This document shows, piece after piece, positions 24,790-38,129 of a stretch of DNA of 64,000 bases. Within the stretch, counting starts at the first letter, position 1; each line of letters starts with the position of its first letter. Position numbers and translations under genes: made by a program. Origin of the DNA: Octopus sinensis. Its lineage: Eukaryota. The stretch is from positions 18,476,001 to 18,540,000 of the forward strand of contig NC_043002.1 of the NCBI RefSeq assembly GCF_006345805.1, read 5' to 3'. A model generated the notes under the pieces. That model searched no databases. It was not told where the DNA came from and saw only the letters and a program-made list of their open reading frames with translations.

Positions 24790-25320
24790 TTATTGCCTTT
24801 GCACAGCTTGTAACGCTGGAGATGTACTACAGTGTCAGCTGTTCACTACCAGTGAACTAAGGTAACACCTCTTATTTTCCGAGCACCTTCCAGAGTATTC
24901 GAGCGGTTCCAAGCAATGCTGTTTTCTGCAAGTGATCGACCCTTATTGCAGCCCCTATTTGTTCCATGTACTTCTCGAGATCTTTGCTCACTGTTCGCGG
25001 GGTTCTGATAATTATTGGTACTACTGCTACCTTTTTCATCGACCACAACTGCTTAACTTCCCAAGCTAACCTGTCATATCTCTCAACTTTTCTTTCTTCC
25101 TTATCGCATACCTTGTTGTCAGCTGGGCATACTATATCTATGATCCAGCATAGTTTGTTTTCTTTCTCAATTAAGACTATGTCTGGCTTACTGTTCTCTA
25201 TCTCATGGTCGCACTGAATCATAAAATCCCATAGGATCTTTGCATTTCTATTTTCGACGATGCCTTCAGGTTTGTGGTCGTACCAATTTTTTGTTCTGTG
25301 AAGTCCATACTTCTTGGAGG
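24790..25320 (-). mobile_element. R4/Dong-like RLE LINE 3' end
   Basis: KILWDFMIQCDHEIENSKPDIVLIEK...IDIVCPAD...TALLGTARIL, followed by a 3' UTR. Confidence 0.88.
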
Positions 25321-25431
25321 AGGAGGAGGAGGAGGAGGAGGAGGAGGAGGAGGGTGGTGGTGGTGGTGGTGGTGGTGGAGGGGGAGGGGGAGGGGGAGGA
25401 GGAGTGCTGTTGGATTCCGACAATGGCAATG

Positions 25432-25636
25432 TTGTATCTGACGAAATGCATAGCCGTATTTCGTCTGTCGTTACGTTGTGAGTTCAAATTCCGCCGAGGT
25501 CGACTTTGCCTTTCATCCTTTCGGGGTCGATAAATAAAGTACCAGTTACGCACTGGGGTCGATGTAATTGACTTAATACCTTTGTCTGTCCTTGTTTGTC
25601 CCCTCTATGTCTAGCCCCTTGTGGGCAATAAAGAAA
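25432..25636 (+). mobile_element. SINE family A, 5'-truncated
   Basis: Family-A core and tail. Confidence 0.85.
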
Positions 25637-25698
25637 AAAAAAATATATATATATATATATTATATATACATACATACATACATACATACATACATACA

Positions 25699-25729
<31 letters not shown>

Positions 25730-26104
25730 CTACGCCTATATACGTGCCTGTTATTTTACGTATATCTCGGCAATTTTCCTATCATGTGTATATATGCGCA
25801 TAACAATTTCCAAACAAAATATACATTTGCAAACTCTCAAGCTTCATTAAATCAAGGTCACTCTTGCACAATTTAAAACAGAGTTATGCTGTATACATAA
25901 AGACCCAAAAATCAATAAATATGAAACTGGTGGTCACTGCAAGAAAGCCAAAGAGAATTCATTATTTGTGAGGGGGGAAATACTTCATAAAAATTTTAGT
26001 CCTCGGGTTAATAAATGTGTTTTCACCAGGCACCACCGTCTGAGGATTGTTCGTCGACAGGGACACGAAACTCTGATAATTCGAATGATGGAATCATACC
26101 CTGT

Positions 26105-26326
26105 ATTTTTCTTTTCTTTTACTCTTTTACTTGTTTCAGTCATTTGACTGCGGCCATGCTGGAGCACCGCCTGTAGTCGAGCAATTCTACCCCAGAACTT
26201 ATTCTATCGGGCTCTCTTGCCGAACCGCTAAGTTACGAGAACGTAAACACACCAGCATCGGTTGTCAAGCGATGTTGGGGGGACAAACACAGACACACAT
26301 ACATATACACATATACATATATATAT

Positions 26327-26421
<95 letters not shown>

Positions 26422-26667
26422 ATATTATTAGAGACAAAACCACTATTTTGCAAAACAAACAAGGAAAGACTTAATCAATACATAAAATTTTAATAAAAAG
26501 TCAAAAAATTTATTTATTAAAATTTTATGTATGATTAAGTCTTTCCTTGTTTGTTTTGCAAAATAGTGGTTTTGTCTCTAATGATATTATATAATATTTT
26601 ACTATAAAATTGGATTAATCCTAAATCTGATTTTTTCCCTGTAAATTTGGATTTATTCCCTAATATT

Positions 26668-26703
<36 letters not shown>

Positions 26704-26852
26704 CGGGCTTCTTTCAGTTTCCGTCTACCAGGCTTTGGTCAGCGCGAGGCTATAGTAGAAGACACTTGCCCAAGGTGCCACGCAGTGGGACTTAACCCGG
26801 AACCATGGGGTTGGTAAGCAAGCTACTTACCACAGAGCCACTCCTACGCCTA
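26105..26852 (-). mobile_element. SINE family B, full length, with a foldback inside its central (TA)n
   Basis: Tail 26105-26330, head half 26700-26852. Confidence 0.85.
26417..26592. repeat. Foldback with ~77-bp inverted arms
   Basis: TTAGAGACAAAACCACTATTTTGCAAAACAAAC... mirrored at ~26514-26592. Confidence 0.88.
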
Positions 26853-27611
26853 TGAATTATATATGAAAGAGGAGTGTGGAGAAAAAGTGTGATCATGTGT
26901 CTGGATTTTTTCTGAGTGTATTCGTATAGGTACATGAACATAACATCAATAAGTCATGTGAATTAATTCGTTGAAACCTATATTCTGTATTATGTTCAAT
27001 ATTTTATTCAGTGTTGTCCAGAGACCAAACACAATATGCCACCACCTAATACTCGAATGAAGTAACAACAATCGACACCATACAAGATTGTTATCGACCC
27101 TCACCTCTTGCTGTTTTGTCCACTATTAATCTTTATTCGGCAGACTTGTGATCAAAGGTGTTCAACTCCTTGTTCATCTCGTATATTACATATACACACA
27201 CACACACTTACACTCACACACATACACACACGCACACACATTTCTTTGTAGTAAGTGATTATATATTGAAAGACATGCAAGAAAAAGCTGCAATAAACTG
27301 AAATTTGCCTCTTAGAGAAGAAAAACAGAATCAACAAATGGTAGTTGTTAGCTATCTTCAAACATAAAAGATGATAATTTCAAGAAATTAAAACACAGTT
27401 CTAAAATAACAGAATTTTTATGCTCGGCAGAAAAAAATCAAATCTTTGTTATCAAACAAGGCAACAACCTCAGACTCGTTCAGCTCTTAATAGATCTCAA
27501 CAAAAAGGTAAATTCACTACAGGTGCTTGTGTATGTATGCATGCATGTATGTATGTATGTATGTATGTATGTATGTATGTATGTATGTATGTATGTATGG
27601 ACTCTGTACAA

Positions 27612-28118
27612 ACGTCAGGTAAGGGTCCTTGAACGTTTTCATCAGAGATGTCTCAGACACATTCTCAATGTTGGCTGGACCTAAAAAATTCCAGACACAC
27701 AGGTCCTAAGGACAGCTGATATATTGAGTATTGAGGCGATGGTGCACAAGCACCGGTTACGTTGGATTGGACATCTTATTAGAATGAAGGATAGCAGGAT
27801 TCCTAAGCAGATGCTCTATGGAGAAACCAAGGCTGCGATTTAAGGACTGTGTCAAGTCCTCATTAAAGGCCTGTGATATGCAGGACACTGACTGGGAGAA
27901 CAATGCCTGTCATCGACACAGATGAAGGAAGCAGGTTAAGGAGGGATCGACACTTTTGAGAGAGCACATATCCAGCATAAAGAATTTAAGCGAGCTGTGC
28001 GAAAGCGCACGGCTCGTATAGTGAATGGGGAAAGCTTGGTCTGCAATGTTTGCAGTCGTGTATGCTTGTCAAGAGCAGGGCTCATTAGCCACCAACGGAG
28101 CCGCAAATGCAAAATATA
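27612..28118 (+). mobile_element. RTE-clade LINE 3' end with C2H2-like finger
   Basis: LERFHQRCLRHIL...RLRWIGHLIRMKDSRIPKQMLYGE...CNVCSRVCLSRAGLISHQR, with stops and frameshifts. Confidence 0.85.
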
Positions 28119-28231
28119 ACGATGTACATAGAATCTCAGTGTCTAATCAGGATACTGATGTCGAAATATGCGTTTTGAAATTATACTTAGTTCATAAAGA
28201 GGTTTGTTTGCATTGCTAGTCTCCTTGAACT

Positions 28232-28603
28232 TTGATTCAAGCGTTTTCATATATGTATCTATTCAAACAAGAAGAGAGGTTCACAATTAAAATCAACTTC
28301 ACTTGTGTTTCGGAGGATCTAATTTATGTTATAACTTGTTCAGGTTGTGGACATAACTATATAGGACAGACAAGTATGGCACTTAGACGGAGAACCGCAC
28401 TGCATAAGGAACAGATCCGTTTCCCACAGTACAGACAGATTCCTTTGAGTGAACACTTAGGTAGATATGCAGGTAATATCCAACCAAACTTCACAGTTTT
28501 CCCCATCTGCCAGTGCAAAGAAGCAATTTCTGTACAAGAACGTTTGAATAAAGAAAATTTATTTATCAAAAAATACACAAAACGCCTAAATACGAACGCA
28601 TAA
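28232..28603 (+). mobile_element. Penelope-like GIY-YIG endonuclease fragment
   Basis: LIYVITCSGCGHNYIGQT..L.RR...H motif and C-terminal E..FI...LN. Confidence 0.88.
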
Positions 28604-28863
28604 CCAATTTTGGTCACAGCATATATTTTAATTTATATTCACATACCCATCACTGTATCATCTCAATACTTTAGGTTTTGAGTTATTGTATATATATTTA
28701 TCCTTCCCAAAAAAAAATGAGCAATTACTTCCCCTGTCCAAAATAATAACAACCACCAATTAATTACCTCCTTAGATTTTTCTACTTGTTGCTTTATTCA
28801 CAAATTCCCATTACACATAGACTAACATCTTCGCAAGAAAATACGAAATTACAATAATTTAAA

Positions 28864-28896
28864 TGTCATGATTAGCGAAAGCGAAACCAGTCGACA
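28864..28896 (+). ncRNA. Decayed minimal hammerhead downstream of the GIY-YIG ORF
   Basis: TGTC-ATGATTA-GC GAAA GC-GAAA-CCAG-TC-GACA; stem I intact, core mutated at two positions. Confidence 0.5.
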
Positions 28897-29041
28897 AACA
28901 CAATACTGTTTCACTTATAAAATATATTTTAAAACATATTAAAACTATGTAAATTGTTTGCGTTTTCCTCCTTTTATTTTATATATATTTGCATTACACC
29001 TCACTACGTGGGGATAATCTAAATTCTCCTCCCCTTTTTCT

Positions 29042-29095
<54 letters not shown>

Positions 29096-29708
29096 GCATA
29101 CATACATATATGTATATACATAAATATATGTATATACATAAATATATATATATATACATATATATATATTATATAACTTGGTATAAGAGACAAAAATTTT
29201 GATAATAATTTTTGTTTTATTTACATCAACATAATAAATACATAAATACATACAGAGATATAATATAAAATTACAAGACAAGGAACATATTTATATATCA
29301 TTTAGAAAGAAATAAGGTTATATGAGATAAAAATGTACATGAAAAGCGTAAATAAATAAAGTTGATATTTCGATTAAAAATCAAATTAAATTTAAATTTA
29401 AGGTTAAAAGACGTTGAAATAAGGATTAAAAGTTATAAAATACATCGGCAGTTGTTGGAAATCCTAATTATGGATTTAACAGTTTAGAAGAGTTCCGAAG
29501 AAATGTTTTATATGAAGCAATTCGGTAGCCGTTTCTGGAGGCGATTAGTCAGCAGGTATGAATCCTTTAGATTCCCATTGAGGTGTCCTCTTCATCAGGA
29601 ATAAAGAAATTGATAATTAATAAAGTTTGAAGACATGTAAGAGAAAAGAAAAGAAAGGAAGGAAATTTTTGGCTGCATTACGTTAATCGTCGGCTACTCC
29701 ATCAGATA

Positions 29709-29942
29709 TTTATTTCTTTACTACCCACAAGGGGCTAAACATAGAGAGGACAAACAAGGACAGACAAACAGATTATGTCAATTATATCGATCCCAGTGCG
29801 TAACTGGTACTTAATTTATCGACCCCTAAAGGATGAAAGGCAAAGTCGACCACGGCGGAATTTGAACTCAGAACGTAGCGGCAGACGAAATACCACTAAG
29901 CATTTCGCCCGGCGTGCTAACGTTTCTGCCAGCTCGCCGCCT
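29709..29942 (-). mobile_element. SINE family A, full length, 14-bp TSD
   Basis: TACTCCATCAGATA at 29695-29708 and 29943-29956. Confidence 0.93.
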
Positions 29943-29998
29943 TACTCCATCAGATACTAACCACTTTTACGATGATTAGGCTTATATACGAAGGAAAC

Positions 29999-30129
29999 CT
30001 CTAGTGAAGGATGGTGGGAGAATTAAAAAAAAACGTCTTGTGAAGGATGATGGAAGAATTTTAAAAAGGCTCTAGTGAAAGATGATGGAAAAATTAAAAA
30101 AAGCTTTATTGAAGGATGACGGGAGAATT
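29999..30129. repeat. Minisatellite, ~35-bp period, ~3.8 copies
   Basis: Unit ~CTCTAGTGAAGGATGATGGAAGAATT(A)n. Confidence 0.85.
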
Positions 30130-30499
30130 GCGCTTGCGAGCAAGCGTGTGTGTATGTATGTGTGAGAGAGAGAGAGAAAGTGTGGGTCGTGAAAGTATTT
30201 TTATTTCATGACAAGTTTTAGACATTGGGCTGCAGACGTTGTTGAGTAACACCTTCATGAGTTTAGTCAACTATACTAACAGTAGAACTTGTATTTGTCT
30301 AAGCTACATATTTTATTGGTCAGTGTTTGTAGAAGTGACAGCATAATCAATTACATACACACGTACATATGTTTGTGGGAGTGTGCCTGTGCGTGCGACT
30401 GTGTGTTCTAATTTTCCTTTAATAAGCAGAATGCACCTTCACCCGAATTCGAAAAAGAGCTAAACTTATCAGTAATTACACTAGTATTAAGCAGTAAAT

Positions 30500-30583
<84 letters not shown>

Positions 30584-30913
30584 CAATACATTCGTGTTGT
30601 AGAACATATGTAAACAAACATGCTTTTACATACTTATCAAATATATTATTAATCGATGCGTCGAAAAATTTTCCATTGATTTTTGCTAACAGCAGTTTAA
30701 ATGATTTCGTATAGTTACCTCTGGTGTTGGATGTGCTGTAAATAGAACGCGTGCCATTTTAATGTAACAAATCAATGTCTAATATAAACAGGAACAAGCA
30801 GCTCTGCTGGTGTAATAAGCTGCAAAGCAGAAGTATCGTATAGTATTATGGTCAAATGTTGATATAAATTATTACATGGATTGGACATATCTAAATATGA
30901 GCGCACGCACCGA

Positions 30914-30968
<55 letters not shown>

Positions 30969-31035
30969 GGACGTTGCACCAATGCCTGTAGGAATGACAC
31001 ATAAACTTTCATAGGTGTGGCTGTGTGGTAAGAAG

Positions 31036-31603
31036 GCGGCGAGCTGGCAGAAATGTTAGCACGCCGGGCGAAATGCTTAGCGGTATTTCGTCTGCCGTTA
31101 CGTTCTGAGTTCAAATTCGACCGAGGTCGACTTTGCCTTTCATCTTTTCGGGGTCGATAAATTAAGTACCACTTACGCACTGGGGTCGATATAATCGACT
31201 TAATCCGTTTGTCTGTCCTTGTTTGTCCTCTCTGTGTTTAGCCCCTTGTGGGTAGTAAAGAAATAGGTATTTCGTCTGCCGCTACATTCTGAGTTCAAAT
31301 TCGGCCGAGGTCGACCTTGCCTTTCATCCTTTCCGGGTGGATAAATTAAGTACCAGTTACGCACTGGGGTCGATATAATCGACCTAATCCGTGTCTCTGT
31401 CCATGTTTGTCCTCTCTGTGGGTAGTAAAGAAATAGGTATTTCGTCTACTATTGTGTTCTGAGTTCAAATTCCACCAAGGTCGACTTTACCTTTCATCCT
31501 TTCGGGGTCGATAAATTAAGTACCAGTTACGCACTGAGATCGATGTAATCGACTTAAATCCCTTTGTTTGTCCGTGTTTGTCCCCTTGTGGGCAATAAAG
31601 AAA
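31036..31603 (+). mobile_element. SINE family A tandem trimer nested in a family B head
   Basis: Units restart after GTAAAGAAATA at GGTATTTCGTC; TAAGAAG duplicated at 31029-31035 and 31604-31610. Confidence 0.9.
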
Positions 31604-31734
31604 TAAGAAGCTTGCTTCCCATCCGCATTTTTCCTGCCTTCAGGGTCACTGGACAAGTGTATTCTGCTATAGCTGACCAATGCTTTGTAAGTAGATTTGG
31701 TAGACAAAATCTCAAAGATAACTCGGCGTACGAC

Positions 31735-32251
31735 TGGCTGCGTGGTAAGTAGCTTGCTTACCAGCTACATGGTTCCGGATTCAGGCCCACTGCGTGGCAC
31801 CTTGGGCAAGTGTCTTCTACTATAGCCTCAGGCCGACCAAAGCCTTGTGAGTGGACTTGGTAGACGGAAACTGAGAATCCCGTCGTATATATGTATATAT
31901 GTGTGTGTGTGTGTGTGCGCGCGCGCGTGTGTGCGTGTGGGTGTGTGTGTGTGTGTGTATGTTTGTGTGTCTGTTTGTCCCCCCAACATCGCTTGACCAC
32001 CGATGCTGGTGTGTTTACGTCACGCGATGTTGGGGGGACAAACACAGACACAAACACACACACACATATATATACATATACATATATACGACAGGTTTCT
32101 TTCAGTTTTCGTCTACCAAATCTACTCACAAGGCTTTGGTCAGCCCGAGGCTATAGTAGAAGACACTTGCCCAGGGTGCTACGCAGTGAGACTGAACCCA
32201 GAACCATGCGGTTGGTAAGCAAGCTACTTAGCACACAGCCACTCTTGCGCC
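31735..32251. mobile_element. Two SINE family B copies forming a ~250-bp-arm inverted repeat
   Basis: + copy from 31735 and - copy to 32251; the arms meet across a 31-nt spacer (31993-32023). Confidence 0.85.
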
Positions 32252-32263
32252 TATATATATATA

Positions 32264-32307
<44 letters not shown>

Positions 32308-33089
32308 CATACATACACTCATATAAACACACGCACAAACATACATACATACATACATACATATATACATACATACATACATACATACATACATACATAC
32401 ATACATACATACATACATACATACATACATACATACATACATACATACATGTTGTAACACGATTCATCTTTAAATTCTTCATTTTTCTTTTAAAATCATA
32501 TTACGAAAATCAAGTGTCGATTTTCACTCTTCTACAATTGAATTTTTGCCCATTGTCGTGAAAGATCGTCTATATTTGAGGAATGTTTTCGACAGATGTC
32601 CTCGATTTGAAACCCTGGTATTAATCATGGCACTAGATACGATTCACATCAAACAAAATCTTCCCACAGATCAATTGCAACATCAAAAAAGTCTCTGTAA
32701 AGTGGTTTCATTTTTTTTTCCAGAAATGAAAAAGATTTTCGCATAAGCATGTTATTTTCTAAAGTTTTGTTTAAAACTTGCGATTAATCACCAAATGCTT
32801 TAACCGTACTTTTACTCTAGCACGAATAGATCGCTCACCAAATGACGTGGTGTGATGTGATTATTATTACGCTGAATATCAAGGTAGCTGACAAGCGCGC
32901 AGTTTTAAAAGGTTGGTTTTTTTATTAAACATGCGTTTATGTGAACGTATGTAAAAAATGAAATGCAGTTAATTCTCACACCATCCAAACGAGCTATAAA
33001 TATTTGCAACTTATAGGTAAAGCTTAGCACAATCTCAAACAGAAGTGTGTGATACAAAAAATATTTCTTTAATTTATAGTGTTAATACA

Positions 33090-33430
<341 letters not shown>

Positions 33431-33696
33431 ATGTAGCTTCGTATTTAAAAAAGGAAATAACATTTGGGTGTTGTCATTGTAAGCTGGGAAAATCAATATG
33501 GCGTTTAAAAATTTCTTAAGAAGTTTATTGATCAGAGAGCTTTGCAATTGTATTTGTTGATTACTGCTATTCGTATTTGTGAATTCGATAAACTAAGTAC
33601 CAGTTGTGTATTTGGGTCGATATTATCAACTGTATCTGCCAGGAAATCTGTGACTCTATGACGAAGTTTGAAATCGATACTGACGCAAACTAAACT

Positions 33697-33941
33697 AGAA
33701 GCTCTATCTGCGACGATTTCATCTCAATCGAAGGAGAGGGGCTTTTTCCGTCAGGGTTGCGGATCTGTGGAATAAGCTGCCGGACGAGATAGTGAAGATG
33801 CCGACGACCGCTCGGTTCAAAGTCTCCCTTGACCACAAATGGCCTGAACTCTTTGCATGAACACCACCCTGTACATAACTCCATGCCCCCCTACATGGCC
33901 TTCCTTTTGCTTTTTGAGCCAAAAAATTAACTTAATTTAAT
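33697..33941 (+). mobile_element. CR1-group LINE 3' end
   Basis: Plus frame AFSVRVADLWNKLPDEIVKMPTTARFKVSLD (cf. FFSxRVxxxWNxLP motif), followed by a short 3' UTR. Confidence 0.8.
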
Positions 33942-35129
33942 TGCAAAAGGTTTTCAAACAGGTGAGATAGGATCGAGCTAACACATAATGAAGATGCTCC
34001 ATCCGTGACCACTACGTCATTTTGCATATCAGGGTCAACATGATATATGTTTTTACAATGATAATATGATGGTAGTCATCATATTATCAATGGCGATGCA
34101 AAATAGTAGGAAGGTAGCTTGGAAGGCTGCGTAGTAAAGTGAGAATGACCACACTTATAATAATATATATTTCTTGTATATTTCTATAACATCGAACAGT
34201 TGTATTTATAAATGCACTTGGAATTAATTAAATTAAAATACATACTTGTTATCGTGTATGCAACAATTTAAAATTTTCATTACATGAAATAGAAATAGTT
34301 TAAAATATGATAATTGCCCGTAGTTGTTATTGGCAGAACAAGCCGAAAACGGGAAAACACTTGTCAAAGAACCGAGAGAATTCCGTGAAACATTTCGGGT
34401 TGTTCTGAACTGAAGTTCAATACCCAAGCTTTTTATAACTTTTAGCAAAGCTTCTAGAACTTTCGATGAAACTATTTAGTAAGATTTTCACACAACTTTC
34501 TTTCAAGTATACCGCTTTAATTGGTCACATACCAGCGAATCAGGTTCACGTAAGCGTTCATTCCTTTTAGAGCAATACAATTAATTTCCCATAATTCTTA
34601 ACTTATATGAATGTGTGATTTGAACTGTTCTTTCTACCAGGTCGAAAACCCAAATACCTTTGGCTCGTGAAAGGTACTGTTATTTCTATTGCTTGTTCTC
34701 AATCTTCATCTTGATCACAGGAGATCAAAATCAAGGTTTGTTTCAGGTGTTGTTGCATGTGTAAAACAATTTTCATGTTTGATCCTATTACTGATGAAAA
34801 CTTTCTAAAAAAAAGACAATGCGTTAACAAATGCCTTAACTATAGCGCAGGGCCGACCGATACCTTGTGAATTTGGTAGAAGGAAACTATGCGGAAGCCC
34901 ATCGTGTGTGTGTGTTTATGTTTAGTTACAATAAAAACAATTTTACGTTAATCTGAGAGGTTACTGTATACTTTTGTAGAATAGAGGTTTATGTTTTAGA
35001 TAATATTGTTGTTGACAGTGACTTCGAAGTTTCAGTCAATTTGGGTTCAGTTCCACTGCGTGACACTTTGGACAAGTATTTTCTACTATACCTTCGGGTC
35101 GACCAACGATTAACAACGATTTTGGAACA

Positions 35130-35690
35130 AAGAGACAGTCATTGTCGCAGTGGATTGAATGATCGTCGCAGACACCAAAAAGCACGTCAGAGCTTCTCAA
35201 AGATGAACGAGATGATGATCGCTATTTTTTTCCTTGAGTTAAAGAGAATCCTTAACAGTAAGTTTCTTTCACATTATCAGATGATCAATAAAGAGTTTTA
35301 CTTGGATCTCCAAAGACATTTGAGAAAGGTCGCCAAGGAAGAGACTTGTATTATGGACAAATGAAACTTAGATGATGTACGATGATTGTGCACACAGGCA
35401 TCCGTCAATCTTTATCCATGACACTGGAAAATCATGAAACAATTCTCGTTTTCTCCGCCAATAGTCCTAGCCATCAGATTTGCCTCCTGCGTAGGTTTTT
35501 GTACCTAAAATTGGAATCCAAGTTAACCAGATCAGGAGAACTGAAGACATCAAGGAAAAGAAAATCTATTGTGAGAAATGGGTGTGATTCTTGAAAATGT
35601 GTTTAATGGCGTGTTTCAAACGTGGCAAACCAGTCGAGAGCTGTATATCAACAGTGCAGTATCCTATTTTGAAGAAGATATTGCTGATTA
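35130..35690 (+). mobile_element. Mariner-like transposase remnant
   Basis: KARQSFSKMNEMMIAIFF...INKEFYLDLQRHLRK resembles the mariner catalytic region; heavily decayed. Confidence 0.5.
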
Positions 35691-38129
35691 AATTGTAAAG
35701 AAAGCAAACAATGTTCGATTTGTTTTACAGAACTCATACTTACATTCATATATAAACATACGTTCGTACACAAACAATTACGCGTGCGTGTGTGTGTGTG
35801 TGCGCGCGATCGCGTGTGTGTGTGTGTGTGCGCGCGCGATCGCGTGTGTGTGTGTGCGCGTGTGTGTGTGTGTGCGTGTGTGTGTGTGTGTGAGTGCGTG
35901 TGTGTGTGTGTATGCGCGCGTGTGCGTGTGTGAAAATTCTCGAATCATCGATCAAGGAGACCGACATTTGCGTTGCTCGATTGAAGGCTAAATGAGATCC
36001 GGGTCTTTGATATTAAAACACGAAAATAACTGCCACCAGAAATTTTTACATCGATAATGATATTGATTGCGTATAATGAGGGCAGACGTTTAATACTGAT
36101 CTAAACAGCTTTGGAATGTCATATCATTTCACTTGTTTGATAACATCTGTTAACCACCGAGAGTCATCGTTTGTCGATGAATCAAGAAAAGATGTTTGAA
36201 GCAACCAGTAACAACAGAAAAAGAAATTGGTTCCTCTGAACGTTTTCTTTGACTGGTGGATGACCAGAAATTAAAAGATAAATGCCCACAGAGGTTTTAC
36301 AACTATATCGCATCAAAATATCAGAAAACAGACGTTCTATCGATCAGTAAAACGTCTGTCAGTCTGTCATCTGATGTTTTGTTGTATGACCGTTGTCAGA
36401 AAATTTCAAAGTATCAACATACGCTGTCACACACCAACAATGATCTTATTAATACTAGTGAAGAACTTGTAGAAATTAACGATGTCACATGTTGGTAAAT
36501 GGTAATACAAAATGTTCTGGTCACGGAGTAAAAGTTATGCGATATGTAAGAAGAGAAATCTAAAGTTTCAGGTAGAACTCTTTGTTGGTGAGAAATGAAA
36601 AGTTTACTAATGTTGAAAGGTAAATAAACTAGAAGTGAATGGGAGGGGAAATTATTATAACAGCAAAGAATAAGGAAGAAATCAGGAGATGTGATAAGAA
36701 CTGAGTTGCTCCCTGATTTGTCTCCCCCTATACACACATGTTACCTCTCTCCCTCTCTCTTTCTCTCGTCCTCTTCCTCCTCTTTTTCCTTCTCTTTCCC
36801 CTGTATTCTCTATTATAATAATTTTCTTCGTCCTCACAATTCTAGTTTTCTATTTTCTTGTATCTCTGGTAAATATTTCCCACGAAAATATCCTATCCAA
36901 AACGTTTGATGCTTATTGCTTCCAACATAAGATTTATTCCACTGTTTGAACAGATTTTGCATAAAAAAAGGGGGATTGTAATGAATGATGGCCACGAACC
37001 ACCAAACATCAGCCACTCATTTAATATATTGCCACGGAACATGATCTTCAGTGCTAAAAATATTATGAAAATAAAACTAAACGTGGGAGAAATTGTGCAA
37101 GTGTTTGCGGAGAGAGTTTATTATTGAAACGGTTTATCAAGTTACAAAACAGTATTTAAATCTGAAGCTAAAAGTTTTCATTTGAAAGATATCAGAAATT
37201 TCGATTTGAGATTGTGTGTTAAAACTAAAGAATTTACACTTAAAAACTCATTTCAGCCGTTAAAAACACAGAAACGCTATTAACTTCACTTGATTATTTA
37301 TTATTTGATGTGAAAATTTTCGTCGCGCGATCTGCGACCTAGTAACTGACAGAGGAAATACCAAAAATATATGAAACTACTTTATTGAGTATGAAGTGTT
37401 ATAAAGAAGACTATAGATTTTATATTTCAAATAAAATTTTAATTTTAAATATAAATTGTAGAAATACAGGATATTATCTGATTTTACTAAAACTTAATCA
37501 GTTTTAAACTGACATCTACGAAATTTGTATGTTATTAAAACTTTCATTTCAAGTAATTACAAACTACAGACGTTGCAATTATTTTAGTCATTCTTTTACT
37601 TGTCTCAGTCATTATACTACGGCCATGTTGAGGCACTACCTTGAAGGATTTAGTTGATCAAATCTGCCCCAGTACATTTTTATATAAGTCTTTGTTGCAC
37701 GCTTTTTTCGAACTGGTGGGTGACGGAGATGGATACAAACCAACACCGATTATTAAGCGGTAGGACAAATGCAAAGACATGCACACAGACTTACACGCGT
37801 ATATGTTTATATGTAGGAGAGGAAAAAATAATAAGGCAGGCAGAATGCTAAACTGAAAGTAAATTTTAATAAAAATGGGTGCATTAAAAATTAAAAAAAG
37901 AGAAATCAAACCGACTTTCATTGCAAGGCAAATTTTCAAGATTTGGAAGTTCAATATTATTCCATGGAAATACTTCTTTGGAGGATTAGGATGCATGTGT
38001 TTTAGTGTAATGTTTTGTTTGAAAAGGTTGGATGTTATGTGTCAAAACAGGAAATGGGGTAGGAGTTATCCAGTTCCAGTGAATCAGGCGAGACAATTCT
38101 GTGGATTTTATACTCTTTAATTGGAATGC

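Noticed and set aside
29523-29600. Minus-strand hammerhead (CTGATGA...GAAAC)
   Set aside because: Stem III and stem I do not pair; at best a decayed relic.
36256-37127. Plus-strand ORFs as a gene or transposase
   Set aside because: Short, unlinked ORFs with no recognisable domain.
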